Origin: Candidatus Latescibacterota bacterium | GTDB lineage: Bacteria > Latescibacterota > UBA2968 | Assembly: GCA_965198115.1 (NCBI GenBank) | Contig: OZ240241.1 | Span: 6,048,001-6,112,000 of the forward strand | Reading direction: 5' to 3' | DNA length: 64,000 nt | In this document: positions 56,547 through 64,000 of the stretch, piece by piece | Layout of the letters: each line of letters starts with the position of its first letter | How positions within the stretch are numbered: the stretch's first letter is position 1 | The notes under the pieces: generated by a model | Databases searched by the model: none | Told to the model about the DNA's origin: nothing | Seen by the model: the letters and a program-made list of their open reading frames with translations, nothing else | Translations under genes and position numbers: made by a program

Positions 56547-59500
56547 ATGTCGCTGACACAAACCGCCATCGAGAGGAATCGGGTCACGGTCGTGGCTCTC
56601 CTCGTCATCGTTTTCGCCGGCTTCAGCGCCTACCAGACCATGCCACAGAATGAAGATCCTGGCTTTATCATCCGAGCTGCCCAGGTCCTGACCTTCTTCC
56701 CCGGTGCGAGTCCCGAGCGAGTCGAGTTGCTCGTTTCGGACAAGCTGGAAAAGGTCATCCAGGAAATCCCCGAGCTCGACTTCGTGACCAGCACTTCCCG
56801 CGACGGCGTTTCGATTATCATCATGAACATCCTCGAGAGTGAACGTGACATGCGTCCGATCTGGGATGACCTGCGCCGCAAGATCGAGCGTGGAAGCCGC
56901 GATCTACCGGATGGGGTGATCGGCCCGTTCGTGAACGACGAGTTCGGTGACGTCTTCGGAACGGTTATCGCGTTAACGGGTGAGGGTTACAGCTACGCCG
57001 AACTGAAAGAGGTCGCCGATCAGGTCAGGAACGTGCTCCTCGACATCCAAGGACGCCGCCAAAGTCGAGATCAAAGGTGCCCAGGAAGAGCACGTGTTCG
57101 TCCAGTACAACAACGCACGCCTGGCCGACCTTGGGCTGTCTGCCTTCCAACTCAAAAACATCCTCTCGTCACAGAACATCCTCCTTCCCGGCGGGGACAT
57201 CAACACGGGAGACGAACGAATCATCCTCGAACCGTCTGGCAACTTCGAATCGGTCGGGCAGCTTCGCCGAACCGTCATCAACCTGCCGGTAGAAACGAGC
57301 TCGTTTACCTCGAGGATATTGCCGAAGTCTACCGCGGATACGTGGACCCACCGACCGAGATCGTCCGATCCTCGAACCAACCCGCGCTGGTCCTGGGTGT
57401 TTCGCTGCGGGAGGGCGGGAACCTGATCAGGCTGGGCAACGATGTTAGGGTAAGCATTGCCCGCCTCCAGGAGCGATATCCGATTGGACTCGAATTCGAC
57501 GTCATCTACTTCCAGCCCCAGATCGTCGAGAAGAAGGTCGACGAATTCGTTTCCAATCTCGTGCAGGCTATCATCATCGTCGTCGTCGTCATGTTGCTCA
57601 GCCTGGGCGTGCGCACGGGTCTTATCGTCTCATCGCTTATTCCCATGACGATGATCATGAGCATCTGGGTCATGACCATGTTCGACATCGGCCTCGACCA
57701 GATGTCGCTCTCCGCCCTCATCATCGCCCTGGGGCTTCTTGTCGACAATGCAATCGTCATGTCCGAGTCTATCCAGGTCCGAATGTCCGAAGGCGATGGT
57801 GCGAAAGATGCGGCGGTGAAGTCAGCCGAGGAGCTACGCATCCCGCTCCTCACCGCATCACTCACGACAGCGGCTGCCTTCCTGCCAATCTACCTGGCGG
57901 AATCGACCGTCGGGGAATACACAGCGCCCCTCTTCCAGGTCGTCAGCATCGCATTGCTCTGCTCGTGGGTCCTCGCGCTCACGATGATTCCCACCTTGAG
58001 CGTCCAATACATGAAGGTCCAACCCGCTAAAGGTGATGAGACCTTCGGTTCGCGTCCCTACGTTTTTATCGAGGGTTTCTGCAGACGTGTCTTCGGCGGC
58101 CCGTTGTAACGGTGCTGACCACCATCGTCATCTTCTTTGTCGCCATGCAGGGCTTCGCCCTCATCCCCAGCATCTTCTTCCCAGCAAAGGATCAGGCCAC
58201 CTTCACCGCGGAGTTCGAGCTGCCCGTTGGGGCGCCCATCGAGCGGACGGAGGCGCTCGCGAAGGATCTGGATGCATTTATCGAGAACGAGCTCAAAGCG
58301 GGGCCCGGACGACCGGACGGCGTATCGAACTGGGCGACCTTCATCGGACAAGGTCCGCCCAAGTTCGCGCTCCCGTTCAATTCCCGGTCGGCGAATCCCG
58401 AGTATGTCATGATCCTGGCCAACACGACCTCCTATGAGGCCATTTTCGATCAGATGGAGCGCCTCGAAGGCTATGTCGTCGACAACTTCCCCGATGTCGA
58501 CCCCGACATTCGAAGCCTGCTGAATGGACCGCCCGTCGCCGACCCGATCGAGATCAGGATCTCCGGACAGGAAGAAGACCAGGTCTTCGGCCTGGTCGAT
58601 CGCGTGAAAGCAAAGCTCGCCGAGATCCCCGGCACGAAGAACATCTCCGACAACTGGGGATCTCGAACAAAAAAGTTGGCCGTGCGTATCGACCAGCCTC
58701 GAGCCCGTCGCGCCGGCCTCACGAGTCAAGACGTCGCCGTATCTCTGCAAACCGGCCTGAGCGGATTCGAGACAACTCAGTACCGCGAGGACGACGAGAT
58801 CATCCCCGTCACCCTTCGATCCGTCGACGCCGATCGACACGACGCCGGCAAGCTCGAAAGCCTGAACATCTTCTCACAGCTCACCGGCAGTACGGTCCCC
58901 TTAAAGCAGATCGCAGATATCGAAGTCGTGTGGCAACCATCCAAAATCCTGCGCCGCGACCGTCTCAAAACGGTCACCGTCGCGTCGGGTCTCCAGAGCG
59001 GCGTAAACGCCATCGCCGTATTCCAGGCCATCCAACCCTGGCTCGATGCCGAGAGCGCGACCTGGCCCGTCGGCTACAAGTATGAATTCGGCGGCGAGTA
59101 TGAGGCGTCCGTCGAGGAATGAATCGATCGGGGTAAAGGTCCCCGTCGCCGGTCTCATCATCGTCCTCCTTCTCGTGGGACAGTTCAACTCGCTCCGGAG
59201 ACCCCTCATCATCCTCCTGACGATTCCCCTGGGCTTGATCGGTGTCGTAATCGGTCTCATCGTCGCACGATCCTACATGGGATTCGTCACTTTCCTGGGT
59301 GTCATCGCCCTCGCCGGTATCGTCATCAACAACGCCATTGTCTTGCTCGACCGCATCAAAATCGAAATTGAAGAACACGGTCTCGATCCGCACAAGGCGG
59401 TCATCGAAGCAGCACAGCGGCGTCTCCGACCCATCATCCTCACAACGTGCACTACCATCGGTGGCATGCTCCCGCTCTGGTACGGGGGTGGCCCTATGTT

Positions 59501-59618
59501 TGAGCCCATGGCCATCGCAATCATCTTCGGCCTTTTCTTCGCCACCGGACTCACCCTCGTCTTCGTCCCCGTCCTCTACGCCATCTTCTTCCGGCTGAAC
59601 TTCAGGGATTACGCGTAG
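56547..59618 (+). pseudogene. RND efflux permease (AcrB family) with four frameshifts (~57047, ~57287, ~58063, ~59115)
   Basis: PGASPERVE, ALGLLVDNAIV, GIVINNAIVL, RRLRPIILT spread over several ORFs. Confidence 0.85.
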
Positions 59619-59665
59619 CCCATCGTGATGTGTATACTATCGTCTGTTATGCATAAGGAGTCACG

Positions 59666-59905
59666 ATGAAGACCAACCTGACCGTAACGATCAATCGGGA
59701 CCTTGTAACTGCAGCAGAGCGCTATGCCAAGTCCCACAGTACAACATTGTCGCAATTGATCGAGGACAGCCTTCGGGCAGCCATCTCTAAGAGACCATCC
59801 GAGGAAAGCGTGCAATCGCTGGCGGGCCTGCTTCGGGAAGAGGAGAGACGACCCGTGACACTCGATGAAATGGACCGCGTCATTCAGAAAGCACGCTCGA
59901 TGTGA
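59666..59905 (+). CDS. DUF6364-like ribbon-helix-helix antitoxin (orphan)
   Basis: KTNLTVTINRDLVTAAERYA...LSQLIE; RBS AAGGAG. Confidence 0.7.
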   Translation: MKTNLTVTINRDLVTAAERYAKSHSTTLSQLIEDSLRAAISKRPSEESVQSLAGLLREEERRPVTLDEMDRVIQKARSM

Positions 59906-59984
59906 TCGAACTGAATGCATCCAGCTCACCCGCTCGACAGTCACAAGCTATGGGCGGATAGGGCTCCTGAAGTCCCCATTGGCC

Positions 59985-60034
59985 TTGACGATCGAGATTC
60001 GTATACGTATGTTAAATACACGTATACGTGTATT
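59985..60034 (+). promoter_or_regulatory. Sigma70 promoter with palindromic operator of the TA module
   Basis: TTGACG, 17 bp, TATGTT. CGTATACG boxes at 60000 and 60021; perfect palindrome AATACACGTATACGTGTATT (60015-34). Confidence 0.8.
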
Positions 60035-60044
60035 AGGAGAATGG

Positions 60045-60269
60045 ATGAAGGCTAAGCTGACCGTCACGATCGACGAAGAGTTGGTGCCAATCGCCAAGCA
60101 GTATGCGAGAAATCGGGGGCTCTCTCTGTCACAGGTCATCGAGAATAGTCTCAGATTACTGACGAGCGGCGCAACAGAGACATTTTCGGAGCGGTGGAAG
60201 GGTAGGTTTAAGCCGGCAGCGAAGAAGGATGCCCGCTACGAACGTCTTGCCGCAAAGTATCTCAGGTGA
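60045..60269 (+). CDS. DUF6364-like antitoxin
   Basis: MKAKLTVTIDEELVPIAKQYA...SLSQVIE; RBS AGGAGA; GTGA overlap with the toxin. Confidence 0.8.
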   Translation: MKAKLTVTIDEELVPIAKQYARNRGLSLSQVIENSLRLLTSGATETFSERWKGRFKPAAKKDARYERLAAKYLR

Positions 60270-60676
60270 AATTACTCGTCGACACGGATGTTCTGATCGA
60301 CGTTGCGTTGGACAGACGACCGCACGCTGAGCACTCCGGCAGGCTTCTGGAGTATCTCGAGCGCAATCCAGGCAGCGGGTGGATTGCCTGGCATTCTGTC
60401 GCGAATTTCTACTATCTGGTCTCTACGCGTCGAAACGAAAAAATGACGCGGGATCTTATCGTGGAACTGACCACCTTCTTAAGTTTTCCATCGACCAACA
60501 CGGAGCACCTTCAATTTGCCCTGAACCTTCAACTCAGGGATCTTGAAGATGCCATGCTGGTCGCCGCCGGCAGTTCAGCAGGAGTCGATATCATCGCAAC
60601 ACGCAACCTCAGAGATTATGTACGATCTCCGATTCCAGCTGACTCACCCAAGTCATTGATGAAAGCGCTCAGGTAG
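60266..60676 (+). CDS. PIN domain (VapC-like) toxin
   Basis: LLVDTDVLID, DLEDAM, IATRNLRDY. Confidence 0.88.
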   Translation: MKLLVDTDVLIDVALDRRPHAEHSGRLLEYLERNPGSGWIAWHSVANFYYLVSTRRNEKMTRDLIVELTTFLSFPSTNTEHLQFALNLQLRDLEDAMLVAAGSSAGVDIIATRNLRDYVRSPIPADSPKSLMKALR

Positions 60677-60678
60677 AT

Positions 60679-61164
60679 TCAGGCCTTTCGATTCCGAATA
60701 ACTTTCGCCGGTGTCCCGCCCACTACGGTGAACGGCGGCACATCCTTCGTCACCACCGCCCCGGCTCCCACGATCGATCCCGTTCCCACCGTCACGCCTC
60801 CGATTACCACGGCGTTGGCTCCGATCCACACATCGTCCTCGATCACGATCTCCTTCTTCTGAGCCGATTGTTCCACCATCGGGATATCCACGCGATCATA
60901 CCCGTGGCCGATGCTCGCGAGCGTCACGTGCGCGGCAACCGCCACGTTGTCCCCGATCGTTAGCGGACCGTAGAGCACGCCATAGGGCGCGAAGTGCGTG
61001 TTCGACCCGATCGTGATGTGCGCCCCGCACGGCGATAGATAGACACCATACATGAGCAGCACATCGTCCCCGATCGAGATGCGCTCCGGACTCAGCAATC
61101 GAACGTCATCTTCGAACCGAACATTTGTACCGATCGCATTCAGTTTGGTTTGATCAGGAAGCAA
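60679..61164 (-). CDS. Acyltransferase (left-handed beta-helix, maltose O-acetyltransferase-like)
   Basis: IEDDVWIGANAVV..GVTVG..SIVGAGAVVTKDVP...VGGTPAK. Confidence 0.88.
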   Translation of the reverse strand: MLPDQTKLNAIGTNVRFEDDVRLLSPERISIGDDVLLMYGVYLSPCGAHITIGSNTHFAPYGVLYGPLTIGDNVAVAAHVTLASIGHGYDRVDIPMVEQSAQKKEIVIEDDVWIGANAVVIGGVTVGTGSIVGAGAVVTKDVPPFTVVGGTPAKVIRNRKA

Positions 61165-61301
61165 TAGTCGTCCCTATCTCTCGAGCAGGCAACACGGCGA
61201 GCCCACCTTCGCAAGGCTCCGGTGGCAGGCGTGGCAACAGCTACGCGTTCACGTTCAGCATGACAATCGCCACGCCTGCTCGCCCGTTCGCCCGCTCGTC
61301 T

Positions 61302-62228
61302 CTAACTGGCGTACTTCCCCGTAAGCTGCGGCGTCGGCCCCTCCTCCCCAGCCTCGGCTCGTTGACCCCGCGTCTCCCGTCCCCACGTCCGCTTCAGCTC
61401 GTCGCCAACGACGAAGGTCAGCTTACCCAACCCCTCGATCTCCTGTTCGACGACATCCCCGTCCTGCAGCGGATGCAGCTGCTGATGATTCACGCCGAAT
61501 GCGATCAGATCGCCGGCTTCGAGCGTCGTATTACTCGTCACGAATGCAATCGTCTCGGCGATCGTGTAAGCCATGTCATCCGTGTTGTAATCGTGTGCGA
61601 CGTCGCCGTTGTTCCACTGTTGAACGTGCAGGTTGTGCGGGTCGCTGACCTCGTCGGCCGTCGTGATGTAAGGTCCGATCGGTGCGAAGGTATCCTGACA
61701 CTTCATGAAGTAGGGCAGACCCATGCCCGTCAGGAGCCCACGCGCCGATCCATCCACGAAATTCACGTAGCCGAAAACATAGTCCATCGCTTCGTCTACC
61801 TGCACCTTGGACGCACGTTTGGAAACGACCATCGCCAATTCAGCTTCACCTTCGAAAATGGAGGCGGGCACATCCGGAAGCTGCATGATATCACCGTCCC
61901 CGATGACCGTGTGCGAATGCTTGATGAACGCCTGCTGGACCGGCTTCTCCTTCAGCGTGCCGAACTCCATGTAGTTCCCTGCCATGCACACCATCGCCGT
62001 CGGACAGGGCGTCGGCGCACGAAGACGTGCTTGATCGCGAGCGATCGGCTCAGCAGAATCGATAGCCGCTTTGAACTGCCCCTCGTAGTCTGACCACTGC
62101 TCGATCACCGTCTTCATGACCAGCTGCGGCGGAAAACCATCCACGCCCTGCAAAGTCGAATCAAGCGGAACCACCCCATCGTCGGTGACTGCCCCCAGTC
62201 GATAGTCGTCGAAGAATCCCAGCTTCAT
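61302..62228 (-). CDS. Fumarylacetoacetate hydrolase family protein
   Basis: GNY, EGEAELAMV, K..DTFAPIGP, TLEAGDLIA.G. Confidence 0.9.
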   Translation of the reverse strand: MKLGFFDDYRLGAVTDDGVVPLDSTLQGVDGFPPQLVMKTVIEQWSDYEGQFKAAIDSAEPIARDQARLRAPTPCPTAMVCMAGNYMEFGTLKEKPVQQAFIKHSHTVIGDGDIMQLPDVPASIFEGEAELAMVVSKRASKVQVDEAMDYVFGYVNFVDGSARGLLTGMGLPYFMKCQDTFAPIGPYITTADEVSDPHNLHVQQWNNGDVAHDYNTDDMAYTIAETIAFVTSNTTLEAGDLIAFGVNHQQLHPLQDGDVVEQEIEGLGKLTFVVGDELKRTWGRETRGQRAEAGEEGPTPQLTGKYAS

Positions 62229-62315
62229 GAGTCTCTCCCGTTGAAATGTGGTACTGCCACGCCCGCTCTCTTCACGCCTGCCCGAGAATGCGGCCCTTCG
62301 TTCTTACGTCATCTA

Positions 62316-63631
62316 TCAGGTCAACGACCCCACGTTCTCCCGATCCACGAAGGCCTCATAAATATGCGGTCTCCGCTGCATCCAGTTCGTACCACGATAG
62401 CACCCCTTATTCGACGGCCTGAACCCGTCATCCAGATCGACCGTCGCGCTCACAATGTCATCAGTCCCGTCATTCCACGCCAGCACGTGGCCCGTCCGAT
62501 CGATGATGCAGCTCCCCTCGCCGTTATTCACAGCCACCACGATGCAAAGCTGATTATCCATCGCCCTGGTCTGCATGATCCCACTGAACCGCTCGGCGTC
62601 CCACGTGTGGCTCTCCGGATGCCAAGCGCGATGGTCCCCCATGATCGGCAGCAACAGGAAATCCGCGCCGTTCAGTCCGATCATACGCGACGACTCCGCA
62701 GCCGAGCTGCCATACAGATGTTGCAGCCTATACGTCCCATGTCCGTGTCGAACACTGGAAACGACTCACCCGGTAGAATCCCCGAATCCATCTCCCGGCC
62801 GACGGCCAGGTGGACCTTGCGATAGACACCTTCGACCTCCCCGCCCGCATCAATCAGCGCCGCAGTGTTGTGCACAGCATCCTCATCCCGCTCCAGCAGA
62901 CCCAGCAGAATTTTCACACCGTGACGACGGGCAATCGACCTGAATCGCTCGACCTCCGGACTCGACAGTGGAACGGCGAGGTTGAGCGGACTGCCATCGA
63001 CACCATACTGCACGGCAATCTCCGGCAGGACAATCAGATCTGGCTCGCCTTGGGCCGCTTTTTCACTGAGCGCCGCATAGTAATCGACCTTCGCCTCGAC
63101 GGTTCGCGGGACGTCTTCGAAATTGCTTCGGATACCGGTCGCCACGGCGATCGTCGCTGCCCCTGGCCAGACCTCTGCCTCGACGACATCGATTTCGGGG
63201 AGCGTCCAATCAGAGCTCCCTTCCGTCGTCCATCGAAACGTGAAGCGCACGGAGAGCTGATCGGTCCCCTCCGGTGCCGTGAACGTGCGTTCGAATCTCA
63301 GGCTACCATCGTCCTGCGGCTCGGGCAGGAGGTAGTCCCATTCGACCACTTCTTTGCCCCTGCGACGATCCTCATCCGCGGGGACCTCGCCCCAGTAGGC
63401 GACGCACTGCAGCCGATCCCGCCATTCGTCCACATCACGGCACCTTGCGTGGGTCCGGATTCGGTAGGCTTTGCCTGGAACGGCCCCAGCATAGTTCATC
63501 TGCCAACCACCCACGCACGTCCGTGTTCCATTCGCCGCAATCGCCAGCGTATCGCCACTCCGCTCCGTCAGGGGAGCGGCCTTAGCGTGCGGCGCCCAGG
63601 ACTCGATGCTCAGCAATTCGAGTGTGCTCAT
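62316..63631 (-). CDS. Carbon-nitrogen hydrolase (nitrilase family) with N-terminal extra domain; frameshift near 62720
   Basis: DLIVLPE, YRKVHL, IGCNICM(D), RAMDN. Adding one A joins the two ORFs as ICMDSSAAESSRMIG. Confidence 0.8.
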
Positions 63632-63789
63632 CGTCGACTCCCTTGTCCTTCGCGATTCCGTCAGCTCCAGCGATTCTCGTGTAGCCTCACGTCTCGCCAT
63701 CGCACCCGGAAAAATCGTGTTTCTCGCGCGAGCTGTCCAGCAACTCGGTCAGTGCGACTTCGGTGCTCGATTCTAGATACTCGATCTCC

Positions 63790-63999
63790 TCACCATCCGT
63801 GAACCCAGTGCCCCTCATCCGGAAACCAGATGAAATCCACAACCGTCGACAGTGCAACCCCGAACAGGTATCCCACGATGAATCCATACCACAGAGGCAA
63901 TGATTGTCTGTAGAGCCGTACCCCGCCGTAGCGAATGACCAGCAGTTTGCTGACCCACACGACCAGAAGGCTGAACCCGTATCGACGTACGGGGAATGC
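63790..63999 (-). CDS. C-terminus of a DUF6784/DUF6785-like multi-pass membrane protein (partial)
   Basis: Manual translation: ...FSLLVVWVSKLLVIRYGGVRLYRQSLPLWYGFIVGYLFGVALSTVVDFIWFPDEGHWVHGW*. Confidence 0.55.
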   Translation of the reverse strand, partial: AFPVRRYGFSLLVVWVSKLLVIRYGGVRLYRQSLPLWYGFIVGYLFGVALSTVVDFIWFPDEGHWVHGW

Positions 64000-64000
64000 C

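Noticed and set aside
1-64000. CRISPR array, rRNA or tRNA genes
   Set aside because: No regularly spaced identical 25-45 bp repeats with unique spacers, no cas genes, and no recognisable rRNA or tRNA sequence. The micro-repeats are too short and have no spacers.

Overview
A GC-rich (about 60% by eye) chromosomal window from a diderm bacterium. It encodes a GT9/LPS-type enzyme, Omp85, TolC and lipoproteins. The DUF6784/6785-like gene and general gene content hint at a Latescibacterota-like lineage, which is a weak inference. 1-35 kb is mostly housekeeping: MinD/FleN-like ATPase, ATP-grasp-like ligase, larE, def, PHP, pncB, moaD/E, alkA-like glycosylase, an IS1380 copy, an orphan DNA methyltransferase, a triple-DUF5069 protein, a sirtuin, an M16 peptidase, a Ccm (System I, Cys-type CcmE) operon and a TrmH methyltransferase. 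35.5-59.6 kb is one co-oriented accessory cluster and the most interesting part. It runs: Omp85 barrel, lipoprotein metallophosphoesterase, lipoprotein with a full HipA/PI3-4K-like kinase motif set, NTT (ATP/ADP translocase family) transporter, NTT-HEAT fusion, cNMP-binding protein, response regulator, two 7TM histidine kinases, and a substrate-binding-domain/TolC + MFP + RND pump. This architecture suggests an extracytoplasmic kinase/phosphatase system supplied with ATP by a nucleotide translocase. The cluster is heavily disrupted: IS200 in the NTT gene, two ISAzo13 copies, a nested mini-ISL3, an unexplained 102-bp insert in tolC, and about 11 frameshifts. This reflects either real decay or partly sequencing error. 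The window ends with a PIN toxin-antitoxin module, an acyltransferase, an FAA hydrolase and a nitrilase-like gene. No rRNA, tRNA or CRISPR array was seen. All family calls come from recognising motifs by eye, not from database searches.
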